A stretch of DNA of 64,000 nucleotides from Malacoraja senta (Eukaryota), in the NCBI GenBank assembly GCA_038087875.1, contig CM075998.1, forward strand, positions 6,326,001-6,390,000, in the 5' to 3' direction. Below, in pieces: positions 1 to 12,625 of this stretch. A model generated the notes under the pieces. It searched no databases and had not been told where the DNA came from. It was given only the letters and a program-made list of their open reading frames with translations. Position numbers and translations under genes: made by a program. Numbering within the stretch: the first letter of the stretch is position 1; each line of letters starts with the position of its first letter.

Positions 1-695
1 CAACATATGACAGTCCCACCATCCCGGGAATTAACCTCGTGAACCTACGCTGCACTCCCTCAATAGCAAGAATGTCCTTCCTCAAATTTGGAGACTAAAA
101 CTGCACACAATACTCCAGGTGTGGTCTCACTAGGGCCCTGTACAACTGCAGAAGGACCTCTTTGCTCCTATAATCAACTCCTCTTGTTATGAAGACCAAC
201 ATGCCATTCACTTTCTTCACTGCCTGCTGTACCTGCATGCTTACTTTCAGTGACTGATGAACAAGGACCCCCAGATCTCATTGTACTTCCCCTTCTCCCA
301 ACTTGACACCATTTAGATAGTAATCTGCCCTCCTGTTTTTGATACCAAAGTGGATAACCTCACATTTATCCACATTAAACTTCATCTGCCATGCATCTGC
401 CCACTCCCCCAACCTGTCCAAGTCACCCTGCATTCTCATAGCATCCTCCTCACAGTTCACACTGCCACCCAGCTTTGTGTCATCTGCAAATTTGCTAATG
501 TTACTTTGGAACCCTTCATCCAAATCATTGATGTATATTGTAAATAGCTGCGGTCCCAGCACCGAGCCTTGCGGTACCCCACTAGTCACTGCCTGCCATT
601 CTGAAAGAGACCCGTTAATCCCTACTCTTTGTTTCCTGTCTGCCAACCACTTCTCTATCCATGTCAGCACTCTACCCCCAATACCATGTGCTCTA
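1..695 (-). mobile_element. CR1 LINE fragment (RT region, runs off left edge)
   Basis: ORF 278-670(-) has VTSGVPQGSVLGPQLFTIYINDL and SKFADDTKLGG; closely similar to other CR1 copies in the window. Confidence 0.95.
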
Positions 696-700
696 ATTTT

Positions 701-775
701 GCAGGGATCTCTGGTCGGTGACGACCCAGTGGGCCGAAGGGCCTGTTTCCGCGCTGTATCTCTAAACTAAACTAT
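701..775 (+). repeat. 3' end of HE1/V-SINE-like element
   Basis: gggccgaagggcctgtttccgcgctgtatctctaaactaaact tail shared with full SINE copies. Confidence 0.75.
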
Positions 776-864
776 TCCAGGTACCACAATGGAAACTCGA
801 ACAGGCTGCAGAGAGCTTTGGATGACAGTCTCAGAGTCAGGCGTGAGGGGGTTTGTCACGTGGA

Positions 865-1340
865 GAGGCTGGAGTTGTTCTTGGATTTGCTGCCTCACAG
901 CACTAGAGACCCAGGTTCGATCCTGACTATGGGTGCTGTCTGTATGGAGTTTGTACCTTCTACCGGTGACTGCCTGGGTTTTCTCCAGGTGCACCGGTTT
1001 TAGTTTAGAGATGCAGCATGGACACAGGCCCTCTGGCCCACCGACTCCACGCCGACCATTAATCACCCGTACACTCGCTTTATGCTACACACTAGGTACA
1101 ATTTACAGAAGTCAACTAACCTACAAACCTGTACGTCTTTGCAGTGTGGGAGGAAACCGGAGCACCCGGAGAAAACCCACGTGGTCACGGGGAGAACGTA
1201 CAAACTCCGTACAGACAGCACCCGTAGTCAGGATCGAACCTGGGTCTCTGACACCATGAGGTAACAACTCTACCGCTGCGCCACCGTGCCACCCTATTGT
1301 TTCCACCCGCATCCCAAAGACACGAGGGTTAGATGGTTTT
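865..1340 (+). mobile_element. tRNA-derived V-SINE (HE1-like), interrupted by a second SINE
   Basis: B-box-like ggttcgatcc near 915; body resumes at about 1299 (gtttccacccgcatcccaaagac). Confidence 0.75.
1000..1295 (-). mobile_element. Full-length HE1-like V-SINE nested in the previous SINE
   Basis: Minus strand reads ggcacggtggcgcagcggtagagttg (A box) ... ggttcgatcc (B box) ... ctctaaacta tail. Confidence 0.85.
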
Positions 1341-1467
1341 TAACCCTCTGTGTTCCCAAGCCAGGCCACTCTTTGTCACAGACGTGGATCTGCAATCACG
1401 CATTACAATCTGTGGAGGGAACGGACGGGCAACGTTTTGAGTTGGGATATTTCACGTGGACTGAAAG

Positions 1468-3002
1468 TAGCGATGTTACAAAACTTACCTTCAGCGGCTC
1501 TGCAGTTCTGCCACTGGCCGTGTGCGCGACTTTGGCGCCTTTGAGGGGGCGGGCGGGATTAAAATCCAGTTTTCTACCGCCTGTCCGAGGCCGATTTCCT
1601 CGGGCTGCCAACTGCTGCAGAAAAATCGTTCCAACTTCCATTCTTTCCCGAGTTTTTTTTTAAATCACGAGACAATTTAATGATTATATTAAAATAAAAA
1701 GCGACTTCTAACGCCGTCAACACCTACAACGTGACGGATCTCACGTACGGGACAAAACAAAATGTAAGTCATTTATTTTACAGATAAACTTGCTTCTTCG
1801 GATGACTTTAATCAATCCTCTACAGGCGAAAATGTTATTTGGGCCCCATACGAACCGGCAGTGTTTTTCCTGCCGATATGGAGTTCAAATTTACTGCAAA
1901 TGCAACGTTCCAATCGATCGCGTTCCAGAATCAAGATGATTAAAATGCCCATTTATTTTGGAGATGCCGTCTAATTTGTCTATAATTTGTGTTATTCTCT
2001 CTCCATTATCATTATTTTTAAACTAAATATTCACAACAGTTTGAGTCACATGTATTGTGCAAAAAACAATAATTTGATTATATATTGAGTGGATGTTTCG
2101 AGATTAATTTATGGGAATTAAACATTCCTTCCATCTAGGATATAAATTCATGACAGTGAGATTTAAAAATCATGTTATATTGTGAATTCTTGTGTGAATG
2201 GGATTAGTTTGTTATTTGGATACTGAGGCTATTTAAAAAAAATATCCTTTTCTTAAGGAATATACAGGACATTGTTAATGGGAAAGTAGTGGGCAGAAAG
2301 GCATGTCATGCGTGGTTTGAAGAGCAAAAACGTGTAGTTTACAATGCCAAAATTGAAAAGTTGAGGAAAAACAAGGTGTACAGAGTTGTTTATTGGTTAC
2401 AATCTGAGAAGTATGATGATGCTACTGATTATGATATGCCAATGTACCAGCTGGCAACTGATCTTCTCCATAAAGACTTGGTCTATTGCTAGAAATTGTA
2501 ATGTATTTACCTATCTGTTACGGACTTACAGCATATAATACAATAATATTAAAGTTCTGATCTTGAGAATATCACATTTTTGAATTTTCAAGGCAGTCTG
2601 GGTGTTTATTACTATTTCCGTCACAACGGTCAATTTTGTAATTAACTACAATTAGGTAACTAACTAATTATATGCTTTAATTTCAGGTCATCCAAGTAAG
2701 ATGTTTTATATTTGTTTCAGAATGCTTCAATCTATAATAACTGAACATTTCATTCAGTTCTCTTGATTTTTAAGAAAGTTATGGGCTTTTGACTGTCCTC
2801 GATCACAGCTTTTGTGTTAAGTCAATGGAAAAGCAATAGGGAACAAGATGCTAATTTCCGAGTATGAAAATTGCCATAACTTTTTTAATACTGAAGATAT
2901 GAAAGTGAATTAGGTGTCAAATTAAAGTTCTTTTTATGCTTTATCTGATGGGATAAATTGCAGACTTGATTTTTTAAATCTCAAAATGTTGTAATATTGC
3001 TA
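1468..3002 (+). mobile_element. Non-autonomous TIR DNA transposon with 7-bp TSD (hATw-like), copy 1
   Basis: Ends TAGCGATGTTACAA ... TTGTAATATTGCTA; CTGAAAG at both 1461-1467 and 3003-3009; both end regions homologous to 25500-33796. Confidence 0.85.
2259..2492 (+). pseudogene. Likely C-terminal remnant of the hATw-like element protein
   Basis: Open frame NIQDIVNGKVVGRKACHAWFEE...LATDLLHKDLVYC* starts at the point where copy 1 diverges from copy 2; followed by a 3' region shared with copy 2. Confidence 0.55.
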
Positions 3003-3109
3003 CTGAAAGAGTAGAGGGAGTGATAGCCAGTGTAAAGAGTTAGAATGGAGGAGTGGGGCAAGAGTTACCGAGGGGTGGGTGGGTAGAGGTGAGGAGGGGT
3101 GGATTAGCG

Positions 3110-3331
3110 GATGGAATCTGGAGCCAGGAGAGACTACGCGCTGTCCATGGGCGCCCTGGGGGATTTCCGGGACCGCGGGTGTGGAATACTTCCTCAACAA
3201 GGATGTGGAAAGAGTTGTTTAAGGAAAAGTTGTTTCACTTGTACTATGGTGGGAGGTTTTGTTTTGAATCATTTAGTATTGTACATATAATTGTAAATAG
3301 TTGAATAAAATATTTTTGGTTAATACAAAAA
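3110..3331 (+). mobile_element. 3' end of an L1/Tx1-like LINE
   Basis: ERDYALSMGALGDFRDR-type ORF2 C-terminus, T-rich UTR, AATAAA near 3304, short A tail. Confidence 0.6.
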
Positions 3332-3701
3332 GGCGGCAGGAGATTCAGACTGAGACGTACTCCTGTAGATCTTCATTGCTGACCAACAGCACATACCTGT
3401 TATCTCCATTTTAATGCAGTTCTCCAAATGCAGCTTGACCAACGTCCTACAGAGCTGCATCATGAAGATTAAATGAGAACTTACCAGTTCGAAGTTTGAT
3501 CTTTATTTTATGAGGAGTTACGTTGGTGATTACGTGAAGAAGACCCGTCAGGGCGCCTGCGCGTCAATCTTCAAAGCAGCGGTGTGAAATCACAAAACAC
3601 CAATAACGAAGTAACATAGTAAAAACAAGTAAATTTTAGAACTTCCAGCTGACCTTTATGAAAGAGGGTTGGGCGTTGTGGGCACGTAATCACCAACGTA
3701 A

Positions 3702-4284
3702 TGACTCTGTCTTACCTGTTTGCGGTCATCGGCGGTGAAGCGCGGCGTCGCCGGTAGCGGGGACCGCACGGCAACGGCGAGAGCGCCGAGCCCATCCACT
3801 GGAGCGCCGCACGGATGCTGCGCGGGGGCCGAGTAATTCAAACACGGCGGGTCCCACGTGCTTGCGGTAAGTAAAAAAAAGGGCGGTCCGACTGCGATGA
3901 CGTCGGCCCGCCGCACGTGACTCACGAGCGGCGGCTGTGGCGGCGGCCGTCCTGATCGCGGCGCTGCAGCGGTGGCTGTGCCTGCGGCCGTGCAGCACAC
4001 GTGCCTCACTGCCGGAGGCCGTGGCAGTGGAGGTTTGACGCACGGCGCTCGAGCCACACTGGCGGCGGCCCGTGCGGGCGGCCGTGCCGCACTCGTGCAT
4101 CACTGGTGGAGGTTGTGCGGTGAGTATATAGTTTTCAACATTGTCGGTTTTATTTTAGCACCGTGCGGTGTTGGGAACACCGCCGCACGGCCCCGGAATT
4201 GTACGTTCTCACGAGTGCGCGGTCTATGGCGGCAGATTCTTCCCGTTTCGCCGCCAATGACCGCAGACTCGTGAGACAGGCCTT
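3702..4284. mobile_element. Harbinger-type MITE inserted in the DIRS ICR
   Basis: Imperfect TIRs (ctgtcttacctgtttgcggtcatcggcgg versus the reverse complement of ccgccaatgaccgcagactcgtgagacag); TAA at 3699-3701 and 4285-4287; removal restores a contiguous ICR. Confidence 0.8.
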
Positions 4285-5065
4285 TAACTCCTCATAAAAT
4301 AAAGATCAAACTTCAAACTGGTAAGTTCTCATTTAATCTTACTATTTTACTTCGGAGTCACGTGAGTGACTACGTGAAGATTTTAAAGCTTTGTGATTTC
4401 ATGCCGCAGATACAAATCCCGGCTTCTCACTGCATTGATTGACTCGGAACGAGAAATAATCAATAATGCATTAATAATGACATTTGCATGACAAATGCAG
4501 TAATTCATTTATTTGAATAATAGAATAGTAAGATTAAACGAGAACTTACCAGTTTGAAGTTTGATCTTTATTTTATGAGGAGTTACGTTGGTGATTACGT
4601 GAAGAAGACCCGTCAGGGCGCATGCGCGTCAATCTTCAAAGCAGCGGTATGAAATCACAGACAACACCATAATTGAAGTAACATATTAAGATGATCAACA
4701 TGAGAACTACCATTATGAGCTTTTTTCTATGAGAGAGGGTTGGGCGTGGCGGGCATATAACTCCTCATAAAATAAAGATCAAACTTCAAACTGGTAAGTT
4801 CTCGTTAAATCTTACTATTTTACTTCGGAGTCACGTGAGTGACTACGTGAAGATTTTAAAGCTCTGTGATTTTTATGCCGCAGATCAAAATCCCGGCTTC
4901 TCACTGCATCGATTGACTCTGAGTATCATCAACAATGCTGTAAACATGACATTGCATATCATGCAAAAACAAAACAGTTTTATTTTTGGTCATAAAACAA
5001 CCAATAAACCCTCTTAATGTAGGGGCAACAAACGAAACAGAATTAAACAGTATTGAAAACAGACT

Positions 5066-6034
5066 TTAAACAATAGCAACATCACTCAATATTGAGTTGG
5101 CAAACAGCCCTCCATCGGCAATCGGCCGATGGTAGTATTGCTGAAACACAAGTTCATTTTTCCAACCTGCGGCTTTTAATATATGGTCGATGGGAACGTC
5201 CATCTCCCTGGCCGCGGATGTTGCTACTGCGCTAGTGGAATGAGATGTAAACACATAAATGTTAATTCGTGCCTGAACCAACTCTTGCTTTAACCACCTT
5301 GAGATAGTCTGAACTGACACTCTTTAATGTTGGCTTCTTGTAACTGACAAATAATCCTGTTTCTTCTTGTCTTAAAGCCCTTGTGGCTTCAATGTAATGT
5401 AACAAATGTGTCCTTACACATAAACATGGAGCTGTAGGATATGCTGAGAACACAATCTTAAATCCTGTCACACCTGGCCTGCTTTGTTTGAGCAGGTCAT
5501 AAATATAAAACAGAACATTCTCTGTAGTCACTTCCATTCTATCTAACTGAAGTTTTTGCAAAGTCTGCACTCTCTGTACTGACACCAATGCCATTAGCAT
5601 AGCCAATTTCATGGTTAATTTTAACAAAGTTATAGACGTGACAGGGTCCCAATGACGAAGCATGTTAAGAACAACGCTTACATCGCAGATTACCATATAC
5701 CTAGGCAGTTTGGAATTAAAGATTCCTTTCATCAACCTAGATATGAGAGGGTGAGAAACTATACTTTGTGTCCGAGTACCTATTACAAGATATGCCGACA
5801 AAGCACTTCTAGCTGTATTGATAGCAGTATAGCTAAGACCCTCATCATAATAAAATGTAGATAAAACTCTAACACATTTTCAATAACTACAGTATCATAT
5901 TGAATATTCTTTTGAACACAATATTGTTCCCATTTTTTTACATAAGTCATATACTGCTTTTGAGTACTCTTTCTCCAGGCTGCAGTGAGTATATCCACCG
6001 TTGGCCTAGAAAGTCCTCGACCAATGTAAGGCAT
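5066..6034 (-). pseudogene. DIRS tyrosine recombinase (frameshifted)
   Basis: AAWRKSTQKQY; KLAMLMALVSVQRVQTL; TISRWLK...SHST...AAGWK...FQQYY. Confidence 0.88.
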
Positions 6035-7720
6035 TCTTAAAAACCTGCAAATTAACAGATCAATACGATCACATAACGGATGAACTTAACGCGTTACTGG
6101 ATGCTCCAGCAAATTCCTACTGTTTGGAATCAGCAAAAGGGGGTTGGATCGCTATCTGTAACATCAAAGGGAACCATGGTTGAATCGGGCAATTTGGTAT
6201 CACCAAAACCCCTGAAGCGACATCCTGCTTGATTTTCTCAAACACCGACCTATGAGGCAGAATGATGGGAAAATGTACACAAACATATCATCCCAATTTA
6301 GTGAAAAAGCATCAATTGCCACTGCCCCTGGATCTGGTGCCCATGAAACATATTTTGGCCTTCCATATAGAAGTACTATGTTCTTGAACACATCCTGGTT
6401 CAACATCCACTCTGTATTATCACGGAATTTTCGTGACCTGCCATCTGGTACTACATTAAGTTTCCCTGGCAGATAGATAGCTCCAATCCAAATATCTCTA
6501 TCCATACTCCAGGTCCAATTTTATTTGCCAACCTGTCACATGATAACGATTTGATTCCACCCATGTGATTCATATCAGCAACTGCTGTAGTGTTGTCTAT
6601 TTTGCACTGCACATGCAAACTAGTTTAGTTAGTGCCATAAGCCTTGAGTCCATAAAATACTCTTGGTTAATTCCCCATGTTTGCAGAAGCAATGTCCATC
6701 TGTCTCCACCGCTGGATCTTGTATCAGTAGCACCCTACCCAAGTGCTCTGACATCTGTTTGCAAAATCATGGAAGCTTGGTCCAATAACACTTTGGAACT
6801 ACTAGTGGACACATTCTGAATCCACCATTGTACATCAGCAACAGCCTCTATTGATAGAAGCATAGGTCTATTATAATGACCCTAATGTATCCTCAGTGCT
6901 TGTTCCTTTGACCTTTGTAATTGTAGATAATAAAGTGGCCACTATTGAACTGCTGGAAATGCTGCGAGCAATTTCCCCAGCAGACTCATCACCTGGCTAA
7001 TTGCAGGCTGTGTGTCAGCAATTAACTTGATACAGCTCTTAATTAGCTCTACCCTTTTTTGCCTGGGCAAGGTCACAATCATGTTCATTAAGTCTATTGT
7101 GAACCCAACTAGTCAATTTGTGTCACAGGTATTAATTTAGATTTCTCTGGATAGCTTATGAAGCCCAATTTTTTTTAAAGTGTTTTTTACCAACTGCCAA
7201 TGATGCTTCAGCTGTTTCCTTTGATTGTCCTACAATCAAGATATTATCTAGTTAAGCCATGAGTACATGCCTTTGACTTCTCATCGTGCCTAGAATAGGT
7301 TTTAACAACTTTGTAATCACTCTAGGAGCTGAAGACAAACCATTAGGCAGTGCATTGTGTTGCCATAATTGCCCCATCCAGCTGAATTTTAAATCTTCTA
7401 TCCTGCAAATGAACAGACACTGAATCCGCATCTTTAAGATCTCCTTCACAAACGTTTCCATCTTAAAATGTCTATACCGTACAAATGGGTTAAGCCTATT
7501 CAGGTCCTGTATAATTCTGCATCCCCCATCCATTTGGTCTGGGAAAGATATTGGACACAAACTGATGGCTTTGGTAAACTGCCTTAGCAATTACACCTTT
7601 ATTAGATAAGCTTGCAAGTTCCACCTGAACTTCCAATTGTTCAGTGATACTGAAGTCAAACTCCTCCTCCAGCTCCTTCGCGAAATCCTCGCCAAACAGC
7701 TGTGCCGGTTGCACTGTGCC
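6035..7720 (-). pseudogene. DIRS RT / RNase H / DNA N6-adenine methyltransferase-like ORF (disrupted)
   Basis: RHFKMETF, LPNGLSSAPR, YLPGKLNVVPD..SR, YVSWAPDPGAVAIDAFSLNW..YIFPSF. Confidence 0.85.
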
Positions 7721-8229
7721 AGGCTGGCAGAGTGAAGCATATTTAGGGTTGATGGTTGTCTAAACGCAGTCTTGCGGAGGCAGTTAATCTCAAAGTGGGC
7801 TCTCCACAATAGCGCCTTTTTGTTGTAATTTCGTCATGGCCTCTCCATCCACCATCCTGGCAAAGCTCGTTATGCCAGATGCCAGCAACTTTAAAAATAT
7901 GCTGGAGCTTCACATGCTCCTGGGCTCTCATTAGTATGCCCATCTTGCCCCAAATCTTCCTGTTCCCAACAGGAACTTTTAACAGTCCACAGTTGATTGG
8001 GGCTTCATGCTTCCTTACTGTCTCATCCATTGTCAGCTCCTGTAGCTGATGTGAGACTTGGTAATTTATGCTGGTGGCAAGTTCCTCACCCAGAGGCTCA
8101 CCAGCGTCCGACGACATGGCAAACCGTGCTGCACACGGTGTCAGCTCTGACAGCTGCCTGCCCTCCCTTTGGAAGTCATCGTCGGACTCAGGGTCAGAGC
8201 GTATCTGCCCTTCTGCACTCACCTCTTGC

Positions 8230-8420
8230 AAAGAGGGTGCTTTCAAGCAGGCCTCTACTAGGCACTGCCGGCAGAGCCTTCCCCACGGCCTCCCGCCTGC
8301 ACAACTCCTCCTGGAGTGTGGCTTTGTGAAGCAGGCCTCTCCTAGGCACTGCCGGCGGTGCCGTCCCCACAGCCTCCCGCCTGCACTACTCCTCCTGGAG
8401 TGTGGCTTTGTGGAGCAGCC
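8230..8420. repeat. Tandem repeat of about 84 bp (about 2.3 copies) in the inner DIRS gag-like ORF
   Basis: gcaggcctct.ctaggcactgccggc...cctcccgcctgcac.actcctcctggagtgtggctttgtg repeated. Confidence 0.75.
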
Positions 8421-11400
8421 CCTGTATGCGCTGCTCCTTTTGGATAACCGCTGGGGCACGGTATCCTGTCCCCGACAGGACTCTCCTGGCCCGACTCTGC
8501 GGAGTCAATGGCCCTGACAGACTTGGCTTATGCCGACCGCCCGACTGGCGTTGGCTGTGTACCCGGCTGGACACTTTGCCAAGTCTGTCGCCGCACCGCT
8601 ACCGGCTTGCGACTCCCCAGAGGTGACAGGCTGCCTTTCAGAGACTGCGTTCCCGCAGCTCTCTCTCTCCTTGTCCGTAGCAGGCCTGCACCTTGATGAT
8701 TTTTTACTTGTTCCTGCATTATGGGGAATAAAATACAGCAACAATTTCTACTTTTTTCTAACACCTCCAAAGTCTCCCCGACTTTGGTGGAGCTGTAACT
8801 ACTCACCTGCAGGAGGAGCTCCGTCCTCCTGCTGCCGTTCGCGCCAATGCGTCAGACGTAATGACGCGCATGCGCCCTGACGGGTCTTCTTCACGTAGTC
8901 ACTCACGTGACTCCGAAGTAAAATTAACAGTATCCCCTTTTACCCAGGGGAATTTAAGCAGAACTTAATATAGTATCTGCAAACAGCCCCGTATTGGCAA
9001 TAGGCCGATGGTAAAAGTGTTGAAACACCAACTTATTAGATCACCCGGCGGCTGCGAGAATATGGTCGACGGGACGTCCTTCGCCCTGGTCGCCAATGTT
9101 GCTGCTAAACTGAATGGGATGTAAAACATCACTGTTAACACCTGCAGCAACCAAGACTTGTTTTAACCATCTTGAAATAGTCTGAACTGACACTATCTTG
9201 TATGGTTTTTCGTGAATGATAAACAATCCTGTTTTCATATTTCATAAGACCTTTGTAGCCTCAATGTATTGCAACAAATATGTATTAACACATAGACATG
9301 GATCCATGGAATATGCTAATAAAACACTCTTGAATCCTGTCACACCTGATCCTACTTCATTTGAGTAGGTCATAAATGTAAAACATAACATAATCCCGAG
9401 GTACTTCCATCCTGTGTATCTGTAACTTTTGTAATGTCTGCACTCTCTGTGCTTGTTACAAATGCCATAAGCATGACTACCTTCATGCTGAACTTGGCCA
9501 AATCAGAATCGTACCAAGAGTCCATTGATGAAGTAGCTTAAAACCACTCTATATTCCAGATTGTCATACCTAGGTTTAGAAGGTCTGGAATTAAAATTCC
9601 TTTCATTAATCTGGAAACGAAAGAACGAGAATCAACAGGATGTCTTTCCGACCGCATCAATAAAAAACGAGGACAATGTACTTCTGGCTGAATAAATCGC
9701 ACTATAACTCAACCCCTCATAATAGAGTGTTGAGAAAACCTAAGACATTTGAGACATGTGCCGTACAACATTCAATATTCTTTTGTACACAGAATTTTTT
9801 TCCCATTCTTTACATAATGGGAAAGCAGCATTTACAGAGTCATAACCTCAGATTCACAAATGTACTGCTTTTGAGTGCTCTTCCGCCAGACTGCTGGAAG
9901 CATGTCCACAGCATGCCCAGACAATCCTCTTTTTAAAACCTGCAAATTAACAGATCCATACAGGCATATAACGGATGTTACTCTCCAATTATCGGATACA
10001 CCAGTAAATCCCTTCTTTTGGGAACCTTTATCAGAAACTGTGTCATTAATTCCAATATCAAAGGGAACCATGGCTGCGTAGACCAGTCCGGTACCACCAG
10101 TACCCCAGAGGCAGCATCCTGCTTCATTTTAAGCAGACACCAGTTTATGAGACAGAATGATGGAAAATGCATATAAAAACATACCACCCTAATGTAGCGA
10201 GAAAGCATCAATCGCTACTGTCTCCCGATGTAGTTCCCATAACACATATCTCTGTAACTGGTGATTGAGTCTGGATGGAAACAAGTCGTATCTGGCTTCC
10301 CAAATCTGACTACTATATCATTAAAATCTTAAGATTCAACATCCATTCTTTGTTATCATGGAAATTCCCATAACCTGGTGTCTGCTACTATATTGAATCT
10401 ACCTAGTAGATAAATAGCTGAAACCAAATATTTGTCAACACACCAAGTCCAGATTTGATTAGCCAATTTGTCACATGACACCAACTTAATTCCACCCATA
10501 CGATTAATACATGCCATTGCTGTAGTATTGTTAATTTGAAGCTGAACATGCAGATTAGTTGTATTAACAACAAGCTTGGAGCTCATAAGCCTTCCAACAG
10601 CTGTAAAACGTTGATTCTCCATGTCTGCAAAAATAATGCCTCTTCCATATTCCATCTGTCCACAGATGGATACCATTTCAGTGGCACCAATCCTAGTGCA
10701 CTGGCATCAGTCCGTAAGACCATGGAAGGCTGTTCAATCAGTATCTTGCTCGAACTAATGGAGACATGTTAAATCCACCACTGCAAATCAGAAGCAGCAT
10801 TTGTTGTTTAACTGCATGGCCTATCAAAATGGCCACCCCATCTTAGTGCCTTTTCTTTTTGCCGTCTGTAGCTGCTGGTAGTACAATGGCCCATATTGTA
10901 TTGCTGGAAATAACACTAATTTTCCTATCAAGCTGGCCACCTGTCTAAATTGAAGATTGTTGCTTTTTCAACAGCTTAATGCAACCATCAATCAGCTCTA
11001 CCCTTTACCCTGGGTAAAATTACTACCATGTCAATTGAATCAATTGTGAAATTAAAATAATCAATTGTTGTAAGTGGCGTTAACCTTGATTTCTCTGGAT
11101 GAATTAAACCCAAAACTTTCAAAAGTGGATTGAACAATTGAGAGAGATAACTCACTAATTCTCTTGTTCGTCCTAATTAGGACATCATCCAGTTAAGCCA
11201 TCAACATCTGTCCTTGGACTCTAATTAGCCCCAAAATTGGTTTTACCAATTTAGTGAAATTCTAGGAACTGAAGTTAACCCATTAGACAGAACTTTGAAT
11301 TGCCATAATTGTTTCATTCAGATAAATTTCAAATATTTGTATCTTACAAATGAACAAACACTGAGTAATATACATCTTTCAGATCTATAGGTGCCATATA

Positions 11401-12459
11401 GCATATTTTAAAATAAGTTGTTTGGCAGTCTCAAAGTCTCCATTTTGAAGTGTCTATACTTCACAAAATTTTAAAGACTTGTCAGATCTAAAATACTCCT
11501 CACCTTTTTAGGTCGAGAAAATTTAAACACAATTTGGTGGTTTTGATAAACCAACCTTTCAATTACTTGTTTATAGATAAGTTTTCAAATTCAGCTTGAA
11601 CCTCCATCACTTCTTTTTGTGAAATTGGAGTGTTCTGCTAGGAACATGCTGGATGGCAAATCACTATTTTGATCGAATCAATTCAAAACCTTTGAATAAT
11701 ACTCAGAATAATGAATCTGAAGTAATTTGCTTCCAATATTTGGCTGTTTTTGCCTTAATATGTTCCCATGAGAACCAGGTCCACCTACCTCCTTTGTCAC
11801 CTGAGTGACCTGTGGTCCCTGGCTCCTGACTCCTTTTTCGTGTTCCCGCTGCAGGACACCAACTGCGCCCCTGCTTCAATGGTTGATTTGTTCCTGGTGT
11901 AGGCCCAGGATTTTGTATGATGTCTGAAAGGATACCTCCTCTTCACAGACTTGCCGACCATCGATGTTTTGATCAAGTTTGCTGTTTTTGCCTCATCATC
12001 CAACGCTTTCCCACGTTTCGTGAGGTTTTTCTGCGAAGAGTAAGTTGAATGACTGCACATTGCTGGGCTTTACAGAGTTGCTGCAACTTGGGGTTGATGG
12101 TGGGCCGAATGGCATACTTCCTGAAACAATTCATCTCGAAGTGGGCGCTACATAGCAACCCTAGTGCCTCTTGATGCATCTCCATCCCTGGCCTCCATCC
12201 ATTGTTCTTGCAAAAATGCAGTTGTTCCTCAACCCAGCAGCTTCAATATTCTCTGCAGTTTTATTTCTTAGGCTCACATGCCCTCGCCCATCTGACCCCT
12301 TATATCTTGGTTCACTGCTAGTACTTTCAGCAATACGCAGTTCCTTGGGGTCTCGTGCTTTTTTGGCATTTTCATCCATCGTAAGCTACTGGAGCTGATG
12401 GAAGACACTATAGTTGATCGTAGAGGCCACTTCTTCTCCCAGTGGCTCTCCTGACTCTG

Positions 12460-12625
12460 ACGGGGCAGCGAATCGTACTGCCAGGAGTAGAACATCTGGC
12501 AGCTGCCGTCTTCGCTTGTATCGGCCTCACCGTCAGACTCAGGGTCAGAACTCTCACAGAGCAGCGAATCGTACTGCCAGAAATAGAACATCTGACAGCT
12601 GCCGTTTTCGCTTGTATCGGAGAAA
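12460..12625. repeat. Tandem duplication of about 95 bp in the outer DIRS gag-like ORF
   Basis: gcagcgaatcgtactgccag...tagaacatctg.cagctgccgt.ttcgcttgtatcgg occurs twice. Confidence 0.75.

Larger units (their letters stand above)
4524..8924 (-). mobile_element. DIRS1-type retrotransposon (inner copy; structurally complete, ORFs decayed)
   Basis: Inverted terminal repeats; ICR at about 4758-4852 complementary to both termini; AAT at both ends; gag, RT (KMETF, LPNGLSSAPRVITK), RNase H, MT-like and YR remnants. Confidence 0.92.

Noticed and set aside
1000..1295. tRNA genes
   Set aside because: A/B boxes belong to SINE heads followed by SINE body and tail; no complete cloverleaf was evident.
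1466..3004. Alternative boundaries AGTAGC...GCTACT with a 3-bp GAA TSD
   Set aside because: Copy 2 begins at TAGCG with a different flank, and the TAGC boundary gives a longer exact 7-bp duplication.
6200..6505. Bacterial-type DNA adenine methylase suggesting horizontal transfer or contamination
   Set aside because: The methyltransferase-like domain is a known standard part of DIRS1 pol and lies in the expected position.
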